Positions 38,661-48,869 of a stretch of 64,000 nt of DNA are shown in pieces (within the stretch, counting starts at the first letter, position 1; each line of letters starts with the position of its first letter). Below the pieces are notes generated by a model. It did not search any database and was not told the origin of the DNA. It saw only the letters and a program-made list of their open reading frames with translations. The stretch lies in assembly GCA_963650995.1 (NCBI GenBank), contig CAVJMS010000004.1, positions 20,485 to 84,484 of the forward strand, given 5' to 3'. This stretch comes from Succinatimonas sp. CAG:777 (GTDB taxonomy: Bacteria; Bacillota; Clostridia; Lachnospirales; Lachnospiraceae). A program made the position numbers and the translations under genes.

Positions 38661-39839
38661 ATGAACTGGAACAGAAAATGTGTGACAGCCGTCACGCTGG
38701 CCCTCGCGCTGGGGGCCTCCGTGCCGGCTTATGCCGCAAAGGCCACGGTCGACCGGGCGCCGGCCCAGACCTCCTATGAGCGGGAACGGAGCGATGCCGA
38801 GTGGGCGTCGCTCCGGGATAATGTAATTACATGGGAGGAGCTGCAGGACCTGGTGCATGAATATAATCCGACCGTTTCGGCGCTTTGGCTGAATTACCGG
38901 CAGAACGATAAAAGCGGGACCTATGATCTTGATTATGACGATGTGCTGTCGGCGATTGAGGATACCTATCAGAATTCCATCGGCAGCAGCGACGTCGGGG
39001 ATGCGGCGGCGGAGCTGACCCGCAGTACAGCACTCGCGAATGTCGACACCACCATACAGAACGCAGACCGCACGGTGGCAGAGCTCAGCAATCAGAAAAC
39101 GGAGTACAGCATGACGGAGGCCATCCGGCAGCAGATCATTTCGATGTATACGTCGGAGCTTACGAAGGAGCTGAATCAGCGGACGGCGGATTATGATGAA
39201 ACCCTGATCGATCCGGCCAGGCGGAAGCTGGAGGCCGGCACCGGCACGGAGCTCGAGCTTCTGAATGCACAGAAAAATGCAAAGGATGCGCAGGTTTCGG
39301 CGCAGAGCGCCGCGGCCGTTGCCCTGAAGGCCCGTCAGACGGTGCTGGTAAACCTCGGCTGGGCCTATGATGCCGAGCCGGAGATCTGCGCGGTGCCGGA
39401 GGTGACGGATGCCATGATTGCCGCGATCGACCGGAGCAGTGATCTGGAAACGGCGCTCCGTAAAAATTATCAGCTTCGCATCGATGAGCGGAAGCTTGCG
39501 CTTTGCGAGAGCGATGCAGCACGGAGTACTGCGGAAATCACGGTCAGCAATGATAAAAATCAGGTGCAGTCGGATATGACCTCCCGCTACAATGCGCTTC
39601 TGAGTGCCCAGAGTGAGCTTCAGAAGGCGGAGCTGCAGCTTCAGAACCAGAAAACCAGTGAGGAACGTACGTCCCGAAGCTATGCGGCCGGTTCGGCCAG
39701 TGCCCGTGAGCTGGAGGCCGCGCAGTATCAGACAGAGGCTGCGGAATATACGGTGAAGCTTGACCGTTATGCGGTGCAGAGTGCATACTTTGCATACCTG
39801 GCGGGCCGGGACGGTCTGGCCGGCAGCAGCACATCCTGA
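38661..39839 (+). CDS. Secreted alpha-helical TolC-like protein 1
   Basis: Signal peptide (…PAYA); heptad helices, AG..T..EL / AG..S..EL motifs; in the RND operon. Confidence 0.6.
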   Translation: MNWNRKCVTAVTLALALGASVPAYAAKATVDRAPAQTSYERERSDAEWASLRDNVITWEELQDLVHEYNPTVSALWLNYRQNDKSGTYDLDYDDVLSAIEDTYQNSIGSSDVGDAAAELTRSTALANVDTTIQNADRTVAELSNQKTEYSMTEAIRQQIISMYTSELTKELNQRTADYDETLIDPARRKLEAGTGTELELLNAQKNAKDAQVSAQSAAAVALKARQTVLVNLGWAYDAEPEICAVPEVTDAMIAAIDRSSDLETALRKNYQLRIDERKLALCESDAARSTAEITVSNDKNQVQSDMTSRYNALLSAQSELQKAELQLQNQKTSEERTSRSYAAGSASARELEAAQYQTEAAEYTVKLDRYAVQSAYFAYLAGRDGLAGSSTS

Positions 39840-39852
39840 CGGGAGGTTGAAG

Positions 39853-41106
39853 ATGAAGAATGAAAAACGCATCGCTGCCCTGCTGCTCGGCCTTCTGCTG
39901 ACGGTTCATGCAGGCGGGCAGCCGGTATGGGCAGCAGTTACGACCGTCAGCCATCCGCTGTACGGGGAGAATCCTTCACTGACCGGACAGGATGCGGCGG
40001 GGCGTCCGGACGGCATGGACGAGGCCGCATGGGCTGCCCTGTGCGATGATACGATTGAATACAGTGAGATTCCGGAGCTGGTGGAGTACCGGAGCATCCT
40101 CGGGCAAACGCAGAGTGCCCTGATTTCAGCGAATTCCGCAGCCCTGGTGCAGATGAGCGATGCCTGGTCCGGGGCAATCACGGAGCTTCGGGACACCATT
40201 TCCGACCTGCGGGAGCAGGCTGGGGAGGTTTCGACGGAGGAAGAAAAAAAGGCGCTGCTCGGGCAGGTGAAGCTGCTCGAGCAGAGTCTGAACGGCAGCA
40301 GCGGCCTCGGCGAAAATCAGAAGCAGACGAAGAGCAGCATTTCCACGCTGGTCACGAAGCTGAAACAGGGGCTATATCCGACGAAGCTTACGATGATCGC
40401 CGGCATGAACAGTGCCTTTATCGCATACCAGAGCCTCGCCGAGCTGCAGAAAATGTATACCGCACAGGTCACGATGTATCAGAGCATGTATGAGCGGGCA
40501 CAGCGGCAGGAGGCGCTCGGTATGTCGACGGCACTGGACACGCAGCTTGCATTGGCGGAGCTTCAGGGGGCGGAGCTTCAGCTTTCCGATGCCGATGAGA
40601 AGCTTCGCTCGGTGCAGTATGCGATGGCGCTTACGCTTGGATGGAGTGCAGATGCAGCCGCCAAGGTACACATCGGGACGCTTCCGGCCTATGATCCGGA
40701 TTATATGGCAGGACGGAATCTTACGGAGGACATTGCCGAGGCGAAGCTTTACAATGTGAGCTACGGTACGGCGATGGGCACGGTGGAAAAAAACATAACC
40801 GGTTATACCGAGGTGGATATTAACCGCCGCTCGGCGGAGCAGAACCTCAATGTGACGATGTCAGAGCTGTATCAGAATGCGGAGCAGGCCGGTACGGAAT
40901 ATGAGGCGGCGGAGCTTGGCCGTCAGGTCAGCGAGCGGCAGAAGCAGTCGGCCGACCGCATGTACAATGCAGGTCTTCTCAGCCTTCCGGACTACAAGGG
41001 CGCGCTTCTTCAGTACATTGCATCCGACATGCAGGCCGGTCTGTCCGCTGTCAATGCATCGGCCGCTGTCCTGAACTATCAGGCGGCGCTCCGCGGCATC
41101 GTATGA
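39853..41106 (+). CDS. Secreted alpha-helical TolC-like protein 2
   Basis: Signal peptide; paralogous to the preceding protein (W..L.D..I...E...LV..Y); LGMST.LD and YNAGLLS motifs. Confidence 0.6.
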   Translation: MKNEKRIAALLLGLLLTVHAGGQPVWAAVTTVSHPLYGENPSLTGQDAAGRPDGMDEAAWAALCDDTIEYSEIPELVEYRSILGQTQSALISANSAALVQMSDAWSGAITELRDTISDLREQAGEVSTEEEKKALLGQVKLLEQSLNGSSGLGENQKQTKSSISTLVTKLKQGLYPTKLTMIAGMNSAFIAYQSLAELQKMYTAQVTMYQSMYERAQRQEALGMSTALDTQLALAELQGAELQLSDADEKLRSVQYAMALTLGWSADAAAKVHIGTLPAYDPDYMAGRNLTEDIAEAKLYNVSYGTAMGTVEKNITGYTEVDINRRSAEQNLNVTMSELYQNAEQAGTEYEAAELGRQVSERQKQSADRMYNAGLLSLPDYKGALLQYIASDMQAGLSAVNASAAVLNYQAALRGIV

Positions 41107-41114
41107 CGGAGTTT

Positions 41115-41147
41115 TAGGGAAATGCTGATTTTATCCGCATTTCCCAG
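41115..41147. repeat. REP-like palindrome, copy 4
   Basis: GGGAAATGCTGAT-TTT-ATCCGCATTTCCC. Confidence 0.7.
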
Positions 41148-41259
41148 GTCATGTCTGTCCGCGGACAGGGTCGTCCCGACGACTATATTCAAAGTAAAGG
41201 GGCTGTGTTATACTCCTGGTATGTTGCAAAAAGGATCGTGAAGCAGGTACGGATCGTAC

Positions 41260-41311
41260 TTGACATCGATCGAAAATGTGTTTACAATATCAAGCACGAG
41301 AACGTACGTTT
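41260..41311 (+). promoter_or_regulatory. recA promoter with LexA (Cheo)-like boxes
   Basis: TTGACA-17-TACAAT; GAAAATGTGTTT (41272-41283) and GAACGTACGTTT (41300-41311) resemble GAAC-N4-GTTC. Confidence 0.75.
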
Positions 41312-41325
41312 TATATGGAGGAGTT

Positions 41326-42429
41326 ATGGCAGCAAAGACCAGCAAACCACCGGTTGATTATAACCAGGATCATGAACAGAAATTAAAGGCCCTTGATGTG
41401 GCCTTGACACAGATTGAAAAGAATTTCGGCAAGGGCTCCGTGATGAAGCTTGGAGAGTCCGCCGCTAATCTGAATATTGAAACCGTCCCGACCGGCTCCC
41501 TGTCGCTGGATATCGCACTGGGGGCCGGCGGCTATCCGAAGGGCCGCATCATCGAGATTTACGGACCGGAATCCTCCGGAAAGACGACCCTTGCACTGCA
41601 TGCGGTGGCAGAGGTGCAGAAGCGCGGCGGCATCGCCGGCTTCATCGATGCCGAGCATGCCCTGGACCCGAAGTATGCCCAGAATATCGGCGTGGATATC
41701 GACAACCTCTATATTTCCCAGCCGGATTCCGGCGAGCAGGCCCTGGAGATTGCAGAGACCATGGTGCGCTCCGGTGCCATTGATATTCTGGTGGTGGACT
41801 CCGTGGCGGCTCTGGTGCCGAAGGCGGAAATCGACGGTGAGATGGGTGACAGCCATGTCGGACTGCAGGCGCGGCTGATGTCGCAGGCCCTCCGCAAGCT
41901 GACGGCGGTGATTGCGAAGTCAAACTGCATTCTGATTTTCATTAACCAGCTGAGAGAGAAGGTGGGCGTGATGTTCGGAAATCCGGAGACGACGACCGGC
42001 GGACGCGCCCTGAAGTTCTATGCATCGGTTCGTCTGGATATCCGCCGGGTAGAGACGCTGAAGCAGAACGGCGATGCAGCCGGAAACCGTGTACGCGTGA
42101 AGGTGGTAAAAAACAAGATCGCACCGCCGTTCAAGCAGGCGGAGTTTGACGTGATGTTTGGTGAGGGCATTTCGAGGGCCGGGGATGTACTGGATCTGGC
42201 CGTGAACGAAAACATCGTGGAGAAGTCCGGTGCATGGTTCGCTTACCGGGATGAGAAAATCGGACAGGGCCGCGAGAATGCCAAGGAATACCTGAGGAAG
42301 AACCCGTCGATTATGGCGGAAATTGAAGCTCAGGTACGAGAGAAATACGGACTGCCGAAGGATACGCTGGAGGAAGCCGCCGAAGCACCATCCTCTGCGG
42401 CACCGGATACGGCTGAAGAGCAGATCTGA
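41326..42429 (+). CDS. recA: Recombinase A
   Basis: [42 protein letters not shown]. Confidence 0.99.
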   Translation: MAAKTSKPPVDYNQDHEQKLKALDVALTQIEKNFGKGSVMKLGESAANLNIETVPTGSLSLDIALGAGGYPKGRIIEIYGPESSGKTTLALHAVAEVQKRGGIAGFIDAEHALDPKYAQNIGVDIDNLYISQPDSGEQALEIAETMVRSGAIDILVVDSVAALVPKAEIDGEMGDSHVGLQARLMSQALRKLTAVIAKSNCILIFINQLREKVGVMFGNPETTTGGRALKFYASVRLDIRRVETLKQNGDAAGNRVRVKVVKNKIAPPFKQAEFDVMFGEGISRAGDVLDLAVNENIVEKSGAWFAYRDEKIGQGRENAKEYLRKNPSIMAEIEAQVREKYGLPKDTLEEAAEAPSSAAPDTAEEQI

Positions 42430-42496
42430 GACACGAACATCTGCCGGATGATTCCTTTACGGAATGATCCGGCTTTATTTATGGCAGGAGGCAGGA

Positions 42497-43054
42497 ATGA
42501 AAAAAGCAGAGGATCTTTTTTTGGAACAGCCGGAGAAGGCCGCCTATGTGCTGGATCCGGACCGGATGAGTGCGCATGACAGGCTGCTGAACCGCTGCAA
42601 GGAGCGCTGCCTGTATCTTCTGGAGCATTCGGAGAAGACCGAAGCGCGGCTTCGGGAGAAGCTTCGGAGGTCCGGAAAATATACCGAGGACATCCTTGAT
42701 GAAGCCATGGATTTTCTGAAGCGCTACGGATATCTGGATGACCGGCGTTTTGCGGAGCGGCTGCTTCAGAGCTATGCCGGGCAGAAATCCATGCGGGAAA
42801 TTGAGCAGAAGCTTTATCAGCGCGGCGTTTCTTCCGCAGATATCCGTGCGGTGTTGGCCGATTTTCAGGAGAACGAAGCGCAGGCGGCAGAGGCTGAGCT
42901 TGCAGCTGTACAGAAGGCCCTTCGTAAGAAGTGCCGAAACAGCAAGGAGCTGTCGATCGAGGAGAAGCGGAAGCTCGGTGCAGCGCTGCTTCGCAAGGGC
43001 TTTTCCTACGAGCTGGTTACGAAGGCGCTTTCGACGGATGAGGAAGACGTATGA
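42497..43054 (+). CDS. recX: Regulatory protein RecX
   Basis: Follows recA; GYLDDRRFA, KLYQRGV, LLRKGFSY. Confidence 0.9.
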   Translation: MKKAEDLFLEQPEKAAYVLDPDRMSAHDRLLNRCKERCLYLLEHSEKTEARLREKLRRSGKYTEDILDEAMDFLKRYGYLDDRRFAERLLQSYAGQKSMREIEQKLYQRGVSSADIRAVLADFQENEAQAAEAELAAVQKALRKKCRNSKELSIEEKRKLGAALLRKGFSYELVTKALSTDEEDV

Positions 43055-43770
43055 AGGGAAGGTCAGAGAAAAACTCAAAAACAGGCATGAAGTCCTTTTT
43101 GAAGCGGACGGTTTGCGGCGACCGGCCGGTCCTGTGGATCGGAGGACTGCTGCTTCTCATGGAGATCTGGAAACAGCTTGTGCTGTGGCTCGCGGTCGGC
43201 CGCGGACAGTACAATGTCTGGTATTTTCCGTTCCAGCTTTGCTCCATGCCGATGTATCTGTCCGTTCTGTACGGCCTTCACAGGAAGCGGAAGGGACGCC
43301 GGGCCGAAGCTCTGAAGCGGGCCATCATGACCTTCCTGCAGGACTACGGCTTTCTGGGCGGTGTGCTGACACTGATCGTGCATGACGGGCTGTTGCATCC
43401 CGGGCATCCGCTTTTAACCGCCCATGGCTTTCTCTGGCATATTCTCATGGTGATATGCGCACTCTATATTCACCGAAGCGGCCTTGCGGGCCGGAGCGGC
43501 CGGGATTTTTTAATGACGGTTCCGATCTTCTGTACGGCTGCACTGATCGCGGAGGGGATCAATACAGCGCTTCATCCGTACGGCGACTGTGACATGTTTT
43601 ACATTTCGCCCTATCACCTCAGCTCCCAGCCGGTCTTTCATAACCTTGATCTCGTGCTCGGGCGACCGGCCGGAATTCTTCTCTATCTTCTCTGTATTCT
43701 TGCCGGTGCTTTTCTGGTGCATGTGCTCTTTTCTGTACATCCTGTAAAACATAATTGCAGACCCGTGTGA
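43051..43770 (+). CDS. YwaF-like integral membrane protein
   Basis: PFQLCS motif, multiple TMs, HGFLWH. Confidence 0.7.
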   Translation: MKGRSEKNSKTGMKSFLKRTVCGDRPVLWIGGLLLLMEIWKQLVLWLAVGRGQYNVWYFPFQLCSMPMYLSVLYGLHRKRKGRRAEALKRAIMTFLQDYGFLGGVLTLIVHDGLLHPGHPLLTAHGFLWHILMVICALYIHRSGLAGRSGRDFLMTVPIFCTAALIAEGINTALHPYGDCDMFYISPYHLSSQPVFHNLDLVLGRPAGILLYLLCILAGAFLVHVLFSVHPVKHNCRPV

Positions 43771-43813
43771 CTTGTGCTAACATACCGACGCAAAAAAACA
43801 GTCGGAGGCCGCC

Positions 43814-44266
43814 ATGGAAGATAAATACGATTGCCTGAAACTGGAAAATCAGCTTTGCTTTCCGCTCTATGCATGTGCAAAGGAAGTTGTACGATGCTAT
43901 AAACCCTTTCTGGACCGGATGGATCTTACATATACGCAGTACATCGTTATGATGGTGCTGTGGGAAAAGAAGGAAATGAATGTAAAGACATTGGGAGACT
44001 GTCTTTATCTGGATTCCGGTACCCTGACCCCGCTTCTCAAACGGCTGGAGCTCAAGGGTCTGATTACGCGGGAGCGTTCATTGCAGGATGAACGTGCGCT
44101 GAAGGTGACCATTACGGAAAAAGGTGCGCATCTTCGGGAAATTGCCATGGAGATCCCGGAGAAAATTCAGAGCAGCATGCGTCTCGATCCGGAGGAACTT
44201 CGTGTTCTTTATTCACTTCTTTATAAGACCCTGGAAGCGGTCGGCAGCAGCGCTGCGGAAGCATAG
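43814..44266 (+). CDS. MarR family regulator, OhrR-like
   Basis: LENQLCFPLY (redox Cys motif), LDSGTLTPLLKRLE, DER. Confidence 0.9.
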   Translation: MEDKYDCLKLENQLCFPLYACAKEVVRCYKPFLDRMDLTYTQYIVMMVLWEKKEMNVKTLGDCLYLDSGTLTPLLKRLELKGLITRERSLQDERALKVTITEKGAHLREIAMEIPEKIQSSMRLDPEELRVLYSLLYKTLEAVGSSAAEA

Positions 44267-44333
44267 CCTGCAGCCGGCTGCTTTTTCGGCCTCTTGCTGG
44301 AGAAACGCCGGTCCCTGCTTCCGTTCCTTTCGG

Positions 44334-44362
44334 TTGACATAGTTGTTGTATTTATATAAAAT
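44334..44362 (+). promoter_or_regulatory. rny promoter
   Basis: TTGACA-17-TAAAAT, ~150 nt upstream of the GTG start. Confidence 0.7.
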
Positions 44363-44515
44363 CAAATAGTTGAGTTGATGTATATTGGGAGATTATAGTA
44401 ACTATTCCCAATATAATATATATAAATAGAATTGGAGAACGCCGGGGATCGATACCCGGCGTCTGCACATATCTGTTTGTACATTCACAACATCATACCG
44501 AAGGAGGTACACAAA

Positions 44516-46057
44516 GTGACCATTGTTATCGTGCTGGCAGTGGCCGTTGCGGTGGGCCTCATCATGTTCTTTATTGGGTCAAACAAGGCAAAGAACGACT
44601 TTGAAAAAACGGTCGGATCTGCAGAGAAAAAATCCAGAGAGATCATTGATGACGCGATCAGAACGGCAGAGAATAAGAAGCGGGAGGCGCTTCTTGAAAC
44701 GAAGGAGGAGGCTCTGAAGGCAAAGAACGACCTTGATAAGGAAATCAAGGACCGCCGGAAAGAGGTATCCGATCTCGAACACAGAACACTGAAGAGAGAA
44801 GAGGCATCGGAGAAAAAGGCCGTTTCCCTGGATCAGAAGGAGCAGGAGCTCCGGAGACGGCAGGAAAAGATGCAGGCCAAGGAAGCAGAAATCGATGAGC
44901 TTCATAATAAGAAGCTGACCGAGCTGGAGCGGGTGTCTGGTCTGACCAGAGATCAGGCAAAGTCCGAGCTTCTCAAATCCCTTGAGGAGGATACGAAGCA
45001 TGATTATGCAAGGATGCTTCGCGAGTATGACAACCAGGCCAGGGAGGATGCGGAGAAGAGCGCACGGAATTACATTGTGGATGCGATCCAGCGCTGCGCA
45101 GCGGATCAGGTAACGGAATCCACCGTTTCCGTGGTGCAGCTGCCGAACGATGATATGAAGGGCCGCATCATCGGCCGCGAGGGACGGAATATCCGCACCC
45201 TGGAGCAGCTGACCGGCGTAGAGCTGATCGTAGACGATACACCGGAGGCTGTCGTCCTTTCCGGCTTTGATCCGGTGCGGCGGGAGGTTGCCCGCATCGC
45301 GCTGGAGAAGCTGATTGTAGACGGACGTATTCATCCGGCCAGAATCGAAGAGGTCGTGGAGAAGGCACAGAAGGAAGTAGAGGAAACCATCCGTGAGGAG
45401 GGTGAGGCTGCAGTCCTCGAGGTGGGCGTACATGGCCTCCACGGAGACCTTGTGAAGCTTCTGGGACGCATGAAGTTCCGGACTTCCTACGGACAGAATG
45501 CACTGCGTCATTCCGTTGAGGTGGCACAGATTTCCGGACTGCTGGCCGAGGAGCTGGGACTGGATGTCCGGATGGCGAAGCGGGCCGGCCTTCTGCATGA
45601 TATCGGAAAGGCCATCGACCATGACATGGAGGGTACGCACGTACAGCTTGGCGTGGATCTCTGCACGAAGTATCATGAGCCGGAGATCGTGATCAATACC
45701 GTGGCTTCCCACCACGGCGGCACCGAGCCGACGTCCCTGATTGCCAGCCTTGTGGCTGCCGCGGATGCGATTTCAGCGGCCCGTCCGGGTGCCCGCCGTA
45801 AGTCCCTGGAAACCTATACGAACCGTCTGAAGGAGCTCGAGGAGATCACAAATTCCTACAAGGGCGTGGAGAAGTCCTTTGCCGTGCAGGCCGGCCGTGA
45901 GGTACGGATTATGGTCGTACCGGAGCAGGTATCGGATGATGATATGACGATTATGGCACATGATATTGCAAAGCAGATTCAGGAGCAGATGCAGTATCCG
46001 GGTGTCATTAAGGTAAATGTAATTCGTGAGTCCCGTGCTGTGGATTATGCAAAATAA
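44516..46057 (+). CDS. rny: Ribonuclease Y
   Basis: GTG after AAGGAGG; N-terminal TM, coiled coil, KH ([13 protein letters not shown]), HD (LLHDIGK). Confidence 0.97.
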   Translation: MTIVIVLAVAVAVGLIMFFIGSNKAKNDFEKTVGSAEKKSREIIDDAIRTAENKKREALLETKEEALKAKNDLDKEIKDRRKEVSDLEHRTLKREEASEKKAVSLDQKEQELRRRQEKMQAKEAEIDELHNKKLTELERVSGLTRDQAKSELLKSLEEDTKHDYARMLREYDNQAREDAEKSARNYIVDAIQRCAADQVTESTVSVVQLPNDDMKGRIIGREGRNIRTLEQLTGVELIVDDTPEAVVLSGFDPVRREVARIALEKLIVDGRIHPARIEEVVEKAQKEVEETIREEGEAAVLEVGVHGLHGDLVKLLGRMKFRTSYGQNALRHSVEVAQISGLLAEELGLDVRMAKRAGLLHDIGKAIDHDMEGTHVQLGVDLCTKYHEPEIVINTVASHHGGTEPTSLIASLVAAADAISAARPGARRKSLETYTNRLKELEEITNSYKGVEKSFAVQAGREVRIMVVPEQVSDDDMTIMAHDIAKQIQEQMQYPGVIKVNVIRESRAVDYAK

Positions 46058-46083
46058 GCTGTCACATGGAAGGGCAGCAATAG

Positions 46084-46117
46084 AAAAAGCCTGCGGAGAG
46101 GATCCGCAGGCTTTTTT
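46084..46117. terminator. Bidirectional terminator (rny / sRNA 2)
   Basis: AAAAAGCCTGCGGA/TCCGCAGGCTTTTTT. Confidence 0.85.
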
Positions 46118-46288
46118 GATGATAAGAACTGATCCGCCGGCAGCTGACCGGCCGAAAACTTCCTAAACATGAGGAGACCCCGGCGGACCGAAGGTCCAAC
46201 CGGGGTAATTATGAAAAATCTATCGATTGGGAAAATATACTAAAAAATTGAACTTTCACATTTCAACTTTCGTTTAACTTTCCTACGA
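46084..46288 (-). ncRNA. Candidate sRNA 2 (paralog of sRNA 1)
   Basis: GAUUUUUCAUAAU, CCCCGG...UUCG...CCGGGG hairpin, CUCCUC; same promoter architecture; both ends uncertain. Confidence 0.5.
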
Positions 46289-46293
46289 TTGTT

Positions 46294-46337
46294 AATATAC
46301 TATCGGAATATGAATAAATTATGAACAAATGGTAAAC
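46294..46337 (-). promoter_or_regulatory. -10 box plus three 11-bp-spaced direct repeats
   Basis: + strand AATATA 46294-46299, ATGAAT 46310, ATGAAC 46321, GTAAAC 46332. Confidence 0.6.
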
Positions 46338-46499
46338 GTTTTTCTTTTTTGGCAAACCGGTTCAGAAGAGAAGGAAGGTGCATGCCGAGCTGCAGCCGGG
46401 CAGCTGCAGCCGGCCGCTTTTGCCGCGGCTTCGTTGTCTTAAATTTAACTTTGTGTTAATGTATACACAATACAGAAACGTTCCATCGGAGGAGAATAC

Positions 46500-48218
46500 A
46501 TGCCGAAAAACAAAACCCTTATTCCGCATAATACAGAGCGTGAGGTGCTGGTGACGGGCCATCGCAACCCGGATACGGATTCCATCTGCGCTGCCATTGC
46601 CTATGCCAATCTGAAAAACAAAATCAGCGGAGGAAGCCGCTATGTTCCGTGCCGTGCAGGTGAGCCGTCCCGGGAAACGGCCTTCGTGCTGGACTATTTC
46701 AAGGTACCGGAGCCCAGACTCATTCATACCGTAAAAACCCAGGTTTCGGATATTGAGTATCGTCAGACGCCGGGCGTCAACCGCAACATGTCGCTGAAAA
46801 AGGCCTGGACGATGATGAACGAGGGTAATGTCGTCACCCTGCCGGTCGTCACGAAGCGGAATGCGCTCGAGGGCGTCATTACCATCGGTGACATCGCAAA
46901 GTCCTATTTCAATGTCTATGATTCGCAGATCATCTCGAAGGCTCATACGCAGTTTTCCAACATCCAGGAGACCCTGGAGGCTACTGTGATCACCGGCGAT
47001 GTCAAGCGCTTCTGCACGGAAGGCAAGGTGCTCATTGCGGCAGCCAATCCGGAGATGATGTCCTATTATATCGGAAAGCATGACATTGTCCTGCTCGGAA
47101 ACCGTGCAGAGAACCAGCTCTCGGCCATGGACAACGGGGCCGACTGCATTATCATCTGCGAGGGCGCCGACGTGTCCCCGACCATCAAGAACCTGGCGGA
47201 GCAGAACGGCATGATCATCATGGTGACAAGCTATGATGCCTATACCGCAGCGCGTCTCATCAACCAGTCGATGCCGATCAGCTTCTTCATGACGCAGGAA
47301 AATCTGATTACCTTTACGGAAGATGACTTTATTGACGATATTCATGATATAATGGCAAGCAAACGTCATCGTGATTTCCCGATTCTCCGGAAGGACGGTG
47401 CCTACCTCGGCATGATTTCCCGTCGGAATCTCCTCGGAAATCACGGAAAGCAGGTCATTCTCGTGGATCACAACGAGTCCGGACAGGCAGTGGAGGGCAT
47501 TGAATCTGCAGATATTCTGGAGATCATCGACCATCACAAGATCGGTGCGGTGCAGACCATGTCGCCGGTCTACTTCCGGAATCAGCCGCTGGGCTGCTGC
47601 TCCACGATCATTACTATGATGTATCGTGAGAATGACATTGAGATCGACCGGCAGACGGCCGGCCTTCTGATGTCGGCGATTATTTCGGATACGCTGCTGT
47701 TCCGTTCCCCGACCTGCACGCCGAAGGATGAGGCAACGGCCCGGGAGCTGGCGGATATTGTGGGCGTGGACATTGAGAAATATGCCTTCGATATGTTTTC
47801 TGCCGGCTCCAATCTGAAGGGAAAAACCGTGAAGGATATTTTCTATCAGGATTTCAAGCACTTCACTGCCGGTAAGGTACGCTTCGGCGTGAGCCAGGTG
47901 ACCTCCCTCAACAAGGAGGAGCTGGAGGGGCTGAAGGACGAGCTGGAATGCTTTGCACTGGATATCATGAAGGCAGAGGGCATCGACATGAGCTTCATCA
48001 TGCTGACCAACATCCTGGATCGAAGCACGGATCTTTTGGCGATCGGCCCGGGAGCCGGCCCGCTGGTCAACAATGCCTTTGCTGTGGAGTGCGTCCGAAG
48101 AGGCGGAAAGGACTCAAACGAAAAGGTTCTGGATGCCTGGTCGGTGGAGCTGCCGGGGGTTGTCTCCCGTAAGAAGCAGCTGGTGCCGCAGCTGACGCTC
48201 TTTGCAGAGCAGCTGTAA
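46500..48218 (+). CDS. ppaC: Mn-dependent inorganic pyrophosphatase with CBS and DRTGG insert
   Basis: GHRNPDTDS, CBS-DRTGG-CBS, VDHN, IDHH, SRKKQ. Confidence 0.92.
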   Translation: MPKNKTLIPHNTEREVLVTGHRNPDTDSICAAIAYANLKNKISGGSRYVPCRAGEPSRETAFVLDYFKVPEPRLIHTVKTQVSDIEYRQTPGVNRNMSLKKAWTMMNEGNVVTLPVVTKRNALEGVITIGDIAKSYFNVYDSQIISKAHTQFSNIQETLEATVITGDVKRFCTEGKVLIAAANPEMMSYYIGKHDIVLLGNRAENQLSAMDNGADCIIICEGADVSPTIKNLAEQNGMIIMVTSYDAYTAARLINQSMPISFFMTQENLITFTEDDFIDDIHDIMASKRHRDFPILRKDGAYLGMISRRNLLGNHGKQVILVDHNESGQAVEGIESADILEIIDHHKIGAVQTMSPVYFRNQPLGCCSTIITMMYRENDIEIDRQTAGLLMSAIISDTLLFRSPTCTPKDEATARELADIVGVDIEKYAFDMFSAGSNLKGKTVKDIFYQDFKHFTAGKVRFGVSQVTSLNKEELEGLKDELECFALDIMKAEGIDMSFIMLTNILDRSTDLLAIGPGAGPLVNNAFAVECVRRGGKDSNEKVLDAWSVELPGVVSRKKQLVPQLTLFAEQL

Positions 48219-48280
48219 TAAAAACGCTTCAGGGCAGGCGCCCTGCCCTGAAGATCTGTGTGTATAGAAGGAGAGCATAT

Positions 48281-48805
48281 ATGAACATTACTCTGATCGG
48301 CATGCCGTCCAGCGGCAAATCCACCATCGGTGTTCTGCTGGCGAAGCGGCTCGGCATGAGCTTTGTGGATGTGGACATTGTGATTCAGGAAAAAACGGGG
48401 AAGCTTTTGAAGGAGATCATTGCCGAACGGGGGCAGAAGGGCTTTCTTCAGGTGGAGGGCGACATTGCCGCGGCGCTGGAGGCAGAGAATTCGGTGATCG
48501 CACCGGGCGGCTCTATCTGCTATGAGGACTGGGCCATGAAGCATCTTCAGTCGATCGGAAAGGTGGTCTATCTCGACATCAGCTATGATGAGATGGTACG
48601 CCGCATCGGCAATGTGGTGGATCGGGGGGTCGCGATTCCGGACGGATATACGCTGAAGGATCTGTATGATGAACGTACAGCGCTCTATGAAAAGTATGCG
48701 GATATCCGCATCGATGAGCGCGGCCGGACCGCGGGCCAGATCGTGGATGAGCTTCGTGAAGTATGTACAAGCCGGTATGGGGATGCGCTGAGTCAGGAGC
48801 TGTAA
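48281..48805 (+). CDS. aroK: Shikimate kinase
   Basis: LIGMPSSGKSTIG, D.D, PGGS, ER..LYEKYAD. Confidence 0.85.
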   Translation: MNITLIGMPSSGKSTIGVLLAKRLGMSFVDVDIVIQEKTGKLLKEIIAERGQKGFLQVEGDIAAALEAENSVIAPGGSICYEDWAMKHLQSIGKVVYLDISYDEMVRRIGNVVDRGVAIPDGYTLKDLYDERTALYEKYADIRIDERGRTAGQIVDELREVCTSRYGDALSQEL

Positions 48806-48869
48806 GAAAGTGCTCTTTTGCCTCAGGGGAAGATTCGCAGCTTTCCGGATCGGCAGGAGAGAGGATGAG

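Noticed and set aside
35621..39872. Long antisense ORFs (466 aa, 482 aa and many similar across the window)
   Set aside because: Shadow frames of well-supported + strand genes caused by codon bias; no recognisable motifs
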